Assembly: GCA_027486675.1 (NCBI GenBank) | Contig: JAIXOQ010000024.1 | Span: 1,332-65,331 of the forward strand | Source: Pseudomonadota bacterium | GTDB lineage: Bacteria > Bdellovibrionota > UBA1018 > CAIMNF01 | Direction of reading: 5' to 3' | Length of the DNA stretch: 64,000 nt | Shown here: piece after piece, positions 1 to 9,478 of the stretch | Layout of the letters: the number at the start of each line of letters is the position of its first letter | Numbering within the stretch: the stretch's first letter is position 1 | Program-made: the position numbers and the translations under genes | Notes under the pieces: model-generated | The model's database searches: none | Told to the model about the DNA's origin: nothing | What the model saw: only the letters and a program-made list of their open reading frames with translations

Positions 1-120
1 TTGGCTGCAAGTCGTCTGGATGGGTTCAGGGAGGTGGCTTTCACGAGCGGTATAGTATATTAAAGTAGTCAAGTTTGCAAGTCCCCCCTCTTTCCCTCAA
101 TGGGGTATCCTTTTTGGCTT

Positions 121-1812
121 ATGGCCAAACCTAAATTCGTCCTCTCCATGGTTGGGGTATCTAAGATCTATCCGCCCAGCAAACAAGTCCTTCGCGACAT
201 CTATCTGTCCTTTTTCTACGGCGCAAAGATTGGAGTCTTAGGCCTAAATGGCTCGGGGAAGTCCACGCTGCTGAAGATCATGGCGCAAGAAGAACTCAAC
301 GTGAATGGCGAGGTGATCCTCACGGACGGTGTAACGGTTGGATTTTTAAAACAAGAACCAGAGCTTGATCCGAAAAAAACTGTCCGTGAAATCGTGATGG
401 AGGGAACGGGTGCGTTGGGGCGGGATCTAGAGCGCTACCAAGTGATTGCCGAAAAATTTGCTGATCCGAACTTAGACCCAGATGAAATGACCAAACTTCT
501 TGAAGAGCAATCTGAGATTCAAGAACGCATCGAAGCCAAAGATGGCTGGGACATCGATCGAAAGCTTGAAGTGTCCATGGACGCGCTGCGGTGTCCTCCA
601 CCGCACACTCTGGTTAGCACGCTTTCAGGAGGGGAGCGTCGCCGTGTCGCCCTCTGTCGCTTACTGATTCAACGGCCCGACGTTCTGTTGTTAGACGAAC
701 CGACGAACCATTTGGATGCGGAATCCGTGGGCTGGCTTGAGCAATATCTGAAGAACTACGAAGGCTCAGTGGTCGCCGTCACCCACGATCGCTACTTCTT
801 AGATAATGTTGCAGGCTGGATTTTGGAATTGGACCGAGGCCACGGCATTCCATGGGAAGGGAACTATAGTTCCTGGCTTGAGCAAAAACGTGCCCGCCTG
901 GAGCAAGAAGAAAAAACAGAAACAAAACGGCAGAAGACACTTGAGCGCGAGCTCGAGTGGATTCGTATGAGTCCACGCGCACGCCAGGCTAAGAGCAAAG
1001 CAAGGGTATCGGCATACGATGCATTGCTGAGTCAGGAGAAGATCAAGCGAGATGAAGAAATGGAAATCTTCATTCCTGCAGGGCCCCGCCTTGGGAATGT
1101 GGTCCTAGAAGCGGAGGGCATCACGAAGAAATTTGGCAATAAGACCTTGTTCGAAAACCTAAGCTTTAAGATTCCTCCTGGAAGTATCGTGGGCATCATC
1201 GGCGGAAACGGTGCCGGTAAAACTACGATGTTTAAGATCTTCACAGGCCAAGAAAAGCCGGACTCTGGAGTGTTGCGCGTAGGCGACACTGTGAAGATGG
1301 CGTACGTGGATCAGTCCCGCGACGATCTCAATCCGAACCTCACGGTGTGGGAAGAAATTTCAGACGGTAAAAACGAGACCATTATGCTGGGTACCAAAGA
1401 GGTGTCTTCGCGGTCTTACTGCGCGCGGTTTAACTTCACTGGCGGTGATCAGCAAAAGAAGGTGGGCGTGCTTTCGGGCGGGGAGCGCAACCGCGTTCAA
1501 CTTGCAAAGATCTTAAAGAGCGGCGCAAACGTTCTTTTGCTCGATGAACCGACCAACGACTTGGATGTGAATACTTTGCGTGCCCTGGAAGAAGCGATCA
1601 CAAACTTCGCGGGCACTGCATTGGTGGTCTCCCACGATCGTTGGTTCTTAGATCGCATTGCGACTCACATCCTTGCATTTGAGGGGGACTCAAAAGTTGT
1701 ATTCTTTGAAGGTAACTTCCAAGACTACGAAGAGGACAAGAAGCGTCGTCTAGGTGCCGATGCGCTGACGCCTAAACGCGTGAGATTCCGCAACATCGAG
1801 GCCATCCAATAA
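121..1812 (+). CDS. ettA: Energy-dependent translational throttle, ABC-F ATPase EttA
   Basis: Two ABC cassettes: Walker A GLNGSGKST and GGNGAGKTT, signatures LSGGERRRV and LSGGERNRV. No TM domain. The N-terminus MAKPKFVLSM..KIYPP matches the EttA/YjjK-type start, so the ORF-track start at 100 is probably 7 codons too long. Confidence 0.9.
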   Translation: MAKPKFVLSMVGVSKIYPPSKQVLRDIYLSFFYGAKIGVLGLNGSGKSTLLKIMAQEELNVNGEVILTDGVTVGFLKQEPELDPKKTVREIVMEGTGALGRDLERYQVIAEKFADPNLDPDEMTKLLEEQSEIQERIEAKDGWDIDRKLEVSMDALRCPPPHTLVSTLSGGERRRVALCRLLIQRPDVLLLDEPTNHLDAESVGWLEQYLKNYEGSVVAVTHDRYFLDNVAGWILELDRGHGIPWEGNYSSWLEQKRARLEQEEKTETKRQKTLERELEWIRMSPRARQAKSKARVSAYDALLSQEKIKRDEEMEIFIPAGPRLGNVVLEAEGITKKFGNKTLFENLSFKIPPGSIVGIIGGNGAGKTTMFKIFTGQEKPDSGVLRVGDTVKMAYVDQSRDDLNPNLTVWEEISDGKNETIMLGTKEVSSRSYCARFNFTGGDQQKKVGVLSGGERNRVQLAKILKSGANVLLLDEPTNDLDVNTLRALEEAITNFAGTALVVSHDRWFLDRIATHILAFEGDSKVVFFEGNFQDYEEDKKRRLGADALTPKRVRFRNIEAIQ

Positions 1813-2603
1813 TGTGGGTGCGTGAAGCTTGGGTAGAAAACTCTGAGTTTCATGAGTTGACGGATCGTGAACTGCTCAATGCGGTGATTTCTGATGTGAA
1901 GCAGGCCATTGCGGCCGAGCGCCGGCCAGTTGTGGTGTTTGATTTAGACTCCACTCTCTTTCATGTTGCCCCACGCACTTTCGCCATTCTTTCGGAATGG
2001 TTAAAGACTGAAGGACCAAATCACGCCGAGTCTGTTCAGAGACTTTCTCAGTTTGCGGTGCAGGATCTTGGATATTCGGTCAAAGATCTATGGCTGAAAG
2101 CGAAACTTGATGACGAAAGTGGACCAGAAGGGGACGCTCTTCGAGCGGCGAAGAAGTATTGGCAGGAGCGCTTCTTTAGTCACAACTACCTCCGTCACGA
2201 TGAACCCATGCCGGGGGCAGTGGAATTCGCAAATGCAGTCTTCGATGCAGGATCCAGCATTTTTTATGTGACGGGACGGGACACGCCCTCGCAAGGATTC
2301 GGAACGCTGGAACAGTTGGCGCATCATGGATTTCCTACTGAAGAGAGACGAACACGCGTGGTTCTAAAACCGCGCCGCCATATGGACGACCGCGAATATA
2401 AGAGCGGAGTTATTCGGACCTCTGTGAAGAACCACGGCGTACTGATCGCAAATTTTGAGAACGAACCTAAGAATCTAGTCGCAATGGCCGAAGCCGAGCC
2501 TAAAGCGAAACACGTTTTTGTTCAGACCGTCAGCAGCGAGAGTGCTGCTCCTTCGGGTTCTGGTTTATATAGAATTTCCGGCTTTCAATCTTTCGTCCGA
2601 TGA
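1812..2603 (+). CDS. HAD-superfamily hydrolase (phosphatase-like), function unknown
   Basis: VVVFDLDSTLF motif I (DxDxT) and a later YVTGR motif. The start overlaps the ettA stop by 1 nt (TAATG). Confidence 0.6.
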   Translation: MWVREAWVENSEFHELTDRELLNAVISDVKQAIAAERRPVVVFDLDSTLFHVAPRTFAILSEWLKTEGPNHAESVQRLSQFAVQDLGYSVKDLWLKAKLDDESGPEGDALRAAKKYWQERFFSHNYLRHDEPMPGAVEFANAVFDAGSSIFYVTGRDTPSQGFGTLEQLAHHGFPTEERRTRVVLKPRRHMDDREYKSGVIRTSVKNHGVLIANFENEPKNLVAMAEAEPKAKHVFVQTVSSESAAPSGSGLYRISGFQSFVR

Positions 2604-4495
2604 CAAAGTCAAAAACGCTTCTCATCACGCCTCCCTTTGTTCAGGTGAACACTCCTTATCCTGGCACCAGTTTCTTAACCGGGTACTTACGGGGTAAGGG
2701 CTTTGATGTTCTTCAAAGGGATGTTGGGCTTGAAGTAGCGTTGAGACTTTTTTCAAAAGCGGGCTTAGAAGAAGTACTTCAGGCCATTCGGGCAAAGTCT
2801 CCCAAGCTTCAGGATCCTTTTGCACTTTTTGTCCTTGAAAACGAACAGGATTATCTTCGATCGGTCGATCCTACGATTCGCTTTCTTCAAGGCAAGGATC
2901 CAACCCTGGCCCATAGAATTGCTTCGCGTACTTTTCTGCCCGAGGGGCCACGGTTTCAAGCCCTTGATCCTGCTGAGCTGGAGTGGGCATTCGGACGTTT
3001 AGGCGTACAGGATCAGGCCAAACACATCGCGTCCCTGTACGTGGACGATCTTGTCGATTTGGTTGGCAAGAATGTAGATTCTAGGTTTGCCCTGTCCAAA
3101 TACGGCGATTCTCTAGCTGCCTCAAATCCTTCTTTTGACGCCCTGAATGAAGCTCTTTTGGCACCGGCTTCTATGATCGATCAATGGATCGCAGAGCGCA
3201 TGCGTGAATTGCACGAAGAGCTTCATTTTAATGTCTTAGGCTTAAGTGTTCCATTCCCAGGTTGTGTGTACGGGGGTCTCAGAGCTGCGCAAGCAGTCAA
3301 GGAGTTAGACCCTAAGATAAAGGTCATTCTAGGGGGTGGATACGTCAACACAGAGCTTCGAGGGCTCAAAGATCCGCGTCTTTTCAGCTGGGTGGATGCA
3401 GTGGTGTTTGACGATGGCGAGCGTCCGCTCGAGTGCGTCTTAGAATGGGCAGAGGGCAGGCGGCCCGAGCATAAGCTCTTTCGCGCGAAGGTACGCGTCG
3501 AGGGTGCCGTGGTAGATGTTTCAACGCTTGAAGAGCACGATGTGCCGCAGTCGCAGTCGGGATATCCCACCACCGACGGTCTTCACATGGATCAGTATCT
3601 CTCACTTGTAGAGATTTTAAATCCCATGCACCGATTCTGGTCTGATCTCCAGTGGAACAAGCTGATGCTTGCGCACGGGTGCTATTGGAAAAAATGTTCA
3701 TTTTGCGACGTCACTTTGGATTATATCGGCCGCTACGATCCATCCCCGATGGCACTCACGATTGAAAGGATGAAGCGACTCACGAAAGAGAATGGAATTT
3801 CTGGATTCCATTTTGTAGATGAAGCGGCTCCGCCGAAGGCGCTTCGGGAGCTTTCTCAACAGATTGTACAAAACAAGCTTTCGTTCACTTGGTGGGGAAA
3901 TGTTCGTTTCGATAAGGTGTTTAACGCTGAACTTACCGAGCTCATGGCTGATGCGGGTTGTGTCGCAGTCAGTGGTGGGCTTGAGGTAGCGAGCGATCGG
4001 TTGCTCAAGAAAATGAACAAAGGCGTCACCATTGAGCAAGTGGCGCGTGTGACCAAGAATTTTCGGAACTCAAAAATCTTAGTTCATGCGTATCTGATGT
4101 ATGGATTTCCAACGCAGACGGAGCAAGAAACCATAGACAGTTTAGAGTATGTGCGTCAGCTCTTTGTAGAGGGTTGCCTGAGTTCAGCATTCTGGCATCG
4201 CTTTTCTGCGACTGAGCATAGCCCTGTGGGAAAGGATCCGGCCGCCTACGGTATTCAGATTACCGAAGACCCACAGTATCTTTTTTCAAGGAATGATCTT
4301 TCTTTCGTAGATCCGACGCCTGTGGATCATGATGCACTGGGGAAGGGCCTGAGGAAGGCTGTCTATAACTACATGCATGGGATCGGCCTAGATCAGGATG
4401 TTCGGGAGTGGTTTTCTGTGAAGACCCCTAAGACAAAAGTACCAAAAACTGCGATTCGCCGTGCGATAATGGAAAACAAAGATGCGCGTGTTTAG
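2600..4495 (+). CDS. B12-binding-domain-type radical SAM protein
   Basis: The N-terminal Rossmann-like region (KVILGGGYVN) is followed by the Cys cluster HGCYWKKCSFCD at 3680-3706 and a radical-SAM-like core (GFHFVDE, VSGGLEV). ATGA start/stop overlap with the HAD gene. Confidence 0.75.
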   Translation: MTKSKTLLITPPFVQVNTPYPGTSFLTGYLRGKGFDVLQRDVGLEVALRLFSKAGLEEVLQAIRAKSPKLQDPFALFVLENEQDYLRSVDPTIRFLQGKDPTLAHRIASRTFLPEGPRFQALDPAELEWAFGRLGVQDQAKHIASLYVDDLVDLVGKNVDSRFALSKYGDSLAASNPSFDALNEALLAPASMIDQWIAERMRELHEELHFNVLGLSVPFPGCVYGGLRAAQAVKELDPKIKVILGGGYVNTELRGLKDPRLFSWVDAVVFDDGERPLECVLEWAEGRRPEHKLFRAKVRVEGAVVDVSTLEEHDVPQSQSGYPTTDGLHMDQYLSLVEILNPMHRFWSDLQWNKLMLAHGCYWKKCSFCDVTLDYIGRYDPSPMALTIERMKRLTKENGISGFHFVDEAAPPKALRELSQQIVQNKLSFTWWGNVRFDKVFNAELTELMADAGCVAVSGGLEVASDRLLKKMNKGVTIEQVARVTKNFRNSKILVHAYLMYGFPTQTEQETIDSLEYVRQLFVEGCLSSAFWHRFSATEHSPVGKDPAAYGIQITEDPQYLFSRNDLSFVDPTPVDHDALGKGLRKAVYNYMHGIGLDQDVREWFSVKTPKTKVPKTAIRRAIMENKDARV

Positions 4496-4844
4496 TTTCG
4501 GAATTCTTTTTCTCCTGTCAGCATGTGCCGTGACGAAGCCCTGTCGAGACGGTGGGGATACCTTAGTAACGGATGACGAGGGCAATGGAAATTCGCGGTG
4601 CCACCAAAAGGAGATTGAAGGTCGCTCTTACAACCATGGGAAGTACACACATTTCTTCCTCGATGGAACTCCGGCGGTAGAGGGGCAGTTCATGGATGGA
4701 AAGAAGGATGGAATTTGGGTTGTGTATAAAAAGTCTCACGAAGTGAAAACGGTGAAGTACTTTGATCGGGGTGTAGAGCGGTCGCCTCCGCTAGAAACGC
4801 AGAAGCTGATTGATGAGATCGTTCGCCAGTCCGGAAGGAAATAG
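4482..4844 (+). CDS. Small lipoprotein with MORN-variant/YwqK-like repeat
   Basis: Lipobox LLSAC. GKYTHFFLDGTPAVEGQFMDGKKDGIWVVY resembles the G-x-w-x-y..nG..eG.y.nGkkdG.w repeat. Confidence 0.5.
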   Translation: MRVFSFGILFLLSACAVTKPCRDGGDTLVTDDEGNGNSRCHQKEIEGRSYNHGKYTHFFLDGTPAVEGQFMDGKKDGIWVVYKKSHEVKTVKYFDRGVERSPPLETQKLIDEIVRQSGRK

Positions 4845-4845
4845 C

Positions 4846-5472
4846 ATGAGAACTCTAGACCGTATCGCGAAGAATTTTTCCTTTTTAGCCATCCAGAGAC
4901 TCGGGTGGGTGCTGATCGCCTTACAGGCCATGGGGTACCTTCTGTCTGTCATGCAACCTGAAGCGGCAAATATGTTGCCGCTGATCCCAAGCATGGTTGC
5001 AGAGGGAGAGTTCTGGCGACTGTTCACGTTTCTGTCTGTCCCTGTTTCACAAAACCCAATTTGGCTTTTCTTCGGTTTATGGTTCATGTTTTTTGTCACC
5101 AACACATTGGAGCAAGAATGGGGCGCAACCAAGCTCACTCTCTATGTTTTAGTTTCCTGGGCGCTCACTGTCGTTTTTGCGATGAGCACGGGCTACCCAG
5201 TACTCAATGCGCGCCACTTTGAGACTTCGCTCTTTTTAGCAGTTGCCTGTTTGTATCCTAACTTTGAGGTGAGCCTGTTCATGGTGCTCCCGATTCAAAT
5301 GCGAATCTTGGGGTACTTGAGCGGAGCCTTGGTTTTGTGGGAATTCTTGGGCGGCAGTAATCTAGACCGGCTCTATTTGATTTGCATCTATTCAGGGTTC
5401 TTGCTGTTCTTTGGACCTAAACTCAAAGAGCGGTTGAGTGACGCCATTCGTAAGCGACGATCAAAGCGATGA
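4846..5472 (+). CDS. Polytopic membrane protein, distantly rhomboid-like
   Basis: About 6 hydrophobic segments. GEFWRLFTFLSVP resembles the rhomboid WRL.T motif, but no clear GxSG/His dyad. ATG at 4846 follows a GGAAGGA RBS and the upstream stop. Confidence 0.4.
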   Translation: MRTLDRIAKNFSFLAIQRLGWVLIALQAMGYLLSVMQPEAANMLPLIPSMVAEGEFWRLFTFLSVPVSQNPIWLFFGLWFMFFVTNTLEQEWGATKLTLYVLVSWALTVVFAMSTGYPVLNARHFETSLFLAVACLYPNFEVSLFMVLPIQMRILGYLSGALVLWEFLGGSNLDRLYLICIYSGFLLFFGPKLKERLSDAIRKRRSKR

Positions 5473-7223
5473 GGGTCTAAGTGGGGAAGTAGATCTCGAT
5501 CCATAGGCAACGGATCCCCCCGGAACTGATCGAGCAAAAAGTAAGCAGCCAAAAGCGCCGTCGTGATCCCCCTGGAACCATGGGCAAGAGAAAGATATGT
5601 ATTTTCTCCCCACAGGCCGATGAGGGGAGTTTTATCTGGCGATGCAAGCCGGTTAGATACTCGTATTCCTGCGACAGAGGTAGAATCCCAGGAAAGAAAA
5701 GCCTCTGAGCGTCGATGGGTGGCTTTCAGTAGGACTTCCTGGTCGAGTTCATTTTGATCAGCCTTTGCCGGCTTAGTTCTGTAGGTTGCACCTGTGAAGT
5801 GATTGCCTGAAGGCAGTACGGGTGTTGTATAACCGTCATCGATTAAGGTGCAGGTCAAAGATTGTGTGTGAATGTTTGGCCAAATGGTGTTGATTTGACC
5901 CGGTAGGATCTGGAGTGGCAGGTCAGAAATAGGGGAGACAGCTGCAAACTCGGCACCTGTGGCGAGGATCACAGGGCAGGTCGGTGTTGCGATAGGAGTC
6001 TCGGCGGATGAAATGACCGTGATCCTCTGATGCTGAAGCGCATGATTCACAAGTAATTTGGGGCTCAGTGTTCCGCATTCTGGCAGGTGAAGTGCAGGGC
6101 TCGCTAACTTCACCCGTGCTACGCACTGAGCCTCCTCCTGATCTAGGATTTTTGCGAAGAATAGCGGCAATTCATGGGAATCCAGCGCTCGTTTCGCTCT
6201 CGTCCTCTCTTCATCTGTGGTCAAAAGCTTTAAGATTCCGCGCTGAATGAGTGACTCTTTCATCCAATCGTTTGTTTCTTGTGAAGCACGACTTAAGAGG
6301 AGTGCATTCAGATGAACGCGGCTGACAGGACTTGGGACAGCACTGATTTGAAGATTATAGAGACCGCATTCATTGCCAGAGGCCTTGCTAGCGGGCTTGT
6401 CTTTCTCATAAACAACAGCATTGATCCCGACTTCTGCGAAGACTCTTGCTGCAAATGCGCCGGCAAGTCCTGCGCCTAAGATCGCGATACTCTTGGGTGG
6501 GGATTCATTCATTGAGGCCTCCCCTGGAAATACCCCAAGAAGACGTTCTCTTTTTCTACCAAAGCCTGGAACCTTCGTGACTTGAAATCCACTCTCTGAA
6601 ATCGCTCTTCGTACCCAGCCTGCGCAGGTGAAGCTCGAACCCGTTGCGCCTTGGTCAGAGAGCCGTGCAACTTCCTGAAAAACTTCTGTAGAGAACGCAT
6701 CTGGATTATTCTTCGGAGAAAATCCGTCCCAGTACCAATGACCGATTTTTCCTTCAAGATGCGTGAGCGCTTTGGGCAGGGTACCCCAGACTAGAAGCAG
6801 CGTGACGCGGTGATCTGAGAGGGAACGCCTATGAAGCCCAGGAATAGGAAATGGGTAGTGCTGCAAAAGCTCTGATGTGAGGTTTCCGTATTCTGGGTAG
6901 CTTTTGTAAAGTGACTTGAGATCATCAAGGTGGACAGGGAACCCTTCAATCGAAGTGTAATGCAGGCGTTGATGAGGCAGACTGTGCTTGAGGAAGTAGT
7001 CCCAAGTCATCAGAAAGTTGATTCCAACTCCAAAGCCGAGTTCACCCACGCGAATGACTGAATCTCCTCGATCAATCGATGCGCGAACCCCTGCGCCTTC
7101 CAAGTAAACTGCTACGGACTCCGCAATACCATCTTCGGGATTAAAGTAAATATCATCATAGCGTTCTGAAACTGGAGTACGATCGTTTCGGAATGAGACT
7201 CTAGTTTCTTCGATGTGAAGCAT
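5388..7223 (-). CDS. mnmC: Bifunctional tRNA (mnm5s2U34) methyltransferase / FAD-dependent cmnm5s2U34 oxidoreductase MnmC
   Basis: The N-terminus has the DDIYFNPEDGIAES motif of the MnmC methyltransferase domain. The C-terminal half has the dinucleotide-binding motif IAILGAGLAGA (DAO-type). Confidence 0.8.
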   Translation of the reverse strand: MLHIEETRVSFRNDRTPVSERYDDIYFNPEDGIAESVAVYLEGAGVRASIDRGDSVIRVGELGFGVGINFLMTWDYFLKHSLPHQRLHYTSIEGFPVHLDDLKSLYKSYPEYGNLTSELLQHYPFPIPGLHRRSLSDHRVTLLLVWGTLPKALTHLEGKIGHWYWDGFSPKNNPDAFSTEVFQEVARLSDQGATGSSFTCAGWVRRAISESGFQVTKVPGFGRKRERLLGVFPGEASMNESPPKSIAILGAGLAGAFAARVFAEVGINAVVYEKDKPASKASGNECGLYNLQISAVPSPVSRVHLNALLLSRASQETNDWMKESLIQRGILKLLTTDEERTRAKRALDSHELPLFFAKILDQEEAQCVARVKLASPALHLPECGTLSPKLLVNHALQHQRITVISSAETPIATPTCPVILATGAEFAAVSPISDLPLQILPGQINTIWPNIHTQSLTCTLIDDGYTTPVLPSGNHFTGATYRTKPAKADQNELDQEVLLKATHRRSEAFLSWDSTSVAGIRVSNRLASPDKTPLIGLWGENTYLSLAHGSRGITTALLAAYFLLDQFRGDPLPMDRDLLPHLDPHRFDRRLRMASLNRSLSLGPKNSKNPE

Positions 7224-7252
7224 TCATCAGCAGCATGCCATTCTTTCTTCGA

Positions 7253-9478
7253 TCAGTAACTCTTGCAATACTCTTTGGTCAGCTTCTGTTGTTCAGGGCT
7301 TTCTGGAGTTCCAAGGAGGCAAACAATATTGAAGATTCCAGTTCGATCCGTGGACAATGAAGAGCTCGGGTAGGTGAGCATCCAAAGTCCGAATGTACTA
7401 AAACTGCCAAAACTAGACGGTATTTGTTTGTACCTGACTAAGTAAGTGTAGACCCCTTTTAGAATGTAGTCATTGTTGAGATCTATTGGAACCATTTGTC
7501 GAAGTTTTCTCTTCAGCACCGGTTTAAAGAGTGGGTAGCCTGCCATGATATTTGGTTTTGTGAGTGGGCGTGTGACATCGTCCGCAAGGCGCGCATAAAG
7601 AGTCTCTGTGTAGTGCAGGACAATGCTTAAGGCCCTGATGTCGTAACTTGCGATGTTGTCCTCGTTGTATCCATTGCGTCTTGCACCGTGTTCGATCCAA
7701 CGTTTTACGTTCTCTTTGGTTTGTGAGTCCATGTTTAAAAAGTGGGAACGCAAAATTGGAAAGTTCTCAAGCCATAGGTCTAAATGATTCCAGAACTCAG
7801 TTCTAAAACATCCAACAGGAAGCCAGGTCCAGCCCAAGAGATCTGTGCCCAAGCCCGCATCGCATTTGGGTGTGATCGTTTCGCGCATCTTCCTAGAGAG
7901 AGTCCCTGATGATACGGTTACGGCACCGAAGTCGGTGAGTTCATCTAAGGATGCGTATTCATCACCATCACTGGAGAACATAAACAGATTCATGTCCTGA
8001 ATTCGTTTTCTTTCAAACTCCACAATGGTTGGATCCACGATCTCAAGCTCAAAGAGGAGCTGTTTAAAGTCCTTCAGCACCACCTCTAGGTCCGCCTGAA
8101 CGATCCTGTTGCCACCATTCGTGTAAACCCGCACCAATTGTTCTATCCCAATTCTAATGAGTGAGAGTTGTACGAGTTGATATCTGGAATAGGTGGCAGA
8201 GGGGTCGTAGAGAATGCTTGGCTTACCGTCATCGAAGAGAGGCCTAAAATCTAAGGCGAGGTGTTTCACCCGGAGGAACGAGTCCTGCTCTGCGGCTGTA
8301 AACTGGCCGGATACCGCGTTGATCGCGTTCACGAGGCGAGTGCGATCGGTGGTCATGGGGTTCATTCCGGAAGCCTCGTAGATTTTATCGATCACGAGGA
8401 GGTCCTGGTGAATCCGTTTCACCAATGTGTAAAGAGTGTCTAGCGATGCTTTGTCGAGTCCGATTGCATCCGTGGACTGAAGCATCTTGCGAATGAATGG
8501 ACGAAGTGCCTGAAGTACCGTTGCTTCGGAAACTCCTAGCTTTGACATACCGACAAAGGACCTAAGAGCACGATCCAGGAGTGGAAAGGGCAGCACTCCT
8601 CCATGCGCTTCGATTGCGCTTTCAATCATGGGACGTGCTTGATCTAGAATGGCTACTACAAACTCTCGGTAACTTCGATCATCCAACAAGTCAGCCTGAG
8701 GCACCTTTTTAAACGCATAGTAGAGGCCGAAGGGTTTCGCAATCACACGAATTGCTTTGGACCAGTCTTTGGCTTCAAAAGCGTCAGGACGCGTATTTGA
8801 CATGAGCCATTTTGCGAGGAAAAGGTCCGCGCTCAAGTCTTCCGGTTCCTCTTTGCCCATCGCGAGGTAGGTCTCTGTTAGAAATAATTTTAATGCCTGA
8901 TCATTCAATGCACTAACGGGGAGGGTGTCTAGTAGGTCAGCAAAAAGTAGGATTGCTTTTGATAGTTTTTCTGCGGTCTCAAGTGCGACTTCACCCGTTG
9001 GTTCTTCGCTGACCTTCTTGAGCACCGGAATGAGGGGAGCCGTGATTTTATGGATTCCCTGAAGCAGCTCCTTCACTCGGTCAATCTCAGTGAATGTGAG
9101 TACGGATCCACGCCCGCCTAATAGTGCGGCTTTGACGTAAAAAGCACCCTGCATGAACTGTTCCCGCACGCTTCTGTTGGTGAAAAGAAACTTGCCCGCG
9201 AAAGTGTTCATGTCAGAAACGCTATAGCCTGCGTCTGTACTTCCCCGAACGTACTGTTTAAAAAAATCAAGAGAGGTACCGACGCAATCAAAAGTCGATT
9301 TCCACTCTGATTCGGATACGTCCCCGGTCTGAAAGCGCCTCATCGTTCCCTTCATGTCGTTTAGACATCCTTGACTGAGGCCTCCGACATCTTTCTTCTT
9401 TTCATCTTCCGAGGGTCCGAGGGCACCACAGCCGGTGAGTACGAGAAGAATACAAGGAAGAATTGGTCTAAAATGCAT
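7253..9478 (-). CDS. Large lipoprotein, unknown function
   Basis: Lipobox LVLTGC after a basic N-terminus. 741 aa, largely helical-looking, no recognisable motif. Confidence 0.6.
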   Translation of the reverse strand: MHFRPILPCILLVLTGCGALGPSEDEKKKDVGGLSQGCLNDMKGTMRRFQTGDVSESEWKSTFDCVGTSLDFFKQYVRGSTDAGYSVSDMNTFAGKFLFTNRSVREQFMQGAFYVKAALLGGRGSVLTFTEIDRVKELLQGIHKITAPLIPVLKKVSEEPTGEVALETAEKLSKAILLFADLLDTLPVSALNDQALKLFLTETYLAMGKEEPEDLSADLFLAKWLMSNTRPDAFEAKDWSKAIRVIAKPFGLYYAFKKVPQADLLDDRSYREFVVAILDQARPMIESAIEAHGGVLPFPLLDRALRSFVGMSKLGVSEATVLQALRPFIRKMLQSTDAIGLDKASLDTLYTLVKRIHQDLLVIDKIYEASGMNPMTTDRTRLVNAINAVSGQFTAAEQDSFLRVKHLALDFRPLFDDGKPSILYDPSATYSRYQLVQLSLIRIGIEQLVRVYTNGGNRIVQADLEVVLKDFKQLLFELEIVDPTIVEFERKRIQDMNLFMFSSDGDEYASLDELTDFGAVTVSSGTLSRKMRETITPKCDAGLGTDLLGWTWLPVGCFRTEFWNHLDLWLENFPILRSHFLNMDSQTKENVKRWIEHGARRNGYNEDNIASYDIRALSIVLHYTETLYARLADDVTRPLTKPNIMAGYPLFKPVLKRKLRQMVPIDLNNDYILKGVYTYLVRYKQIPSSFGSFSTFGLWMLTYPSSSLSTDRTGIFNIVCLLGTPESPEQQKLTKEYCKSY

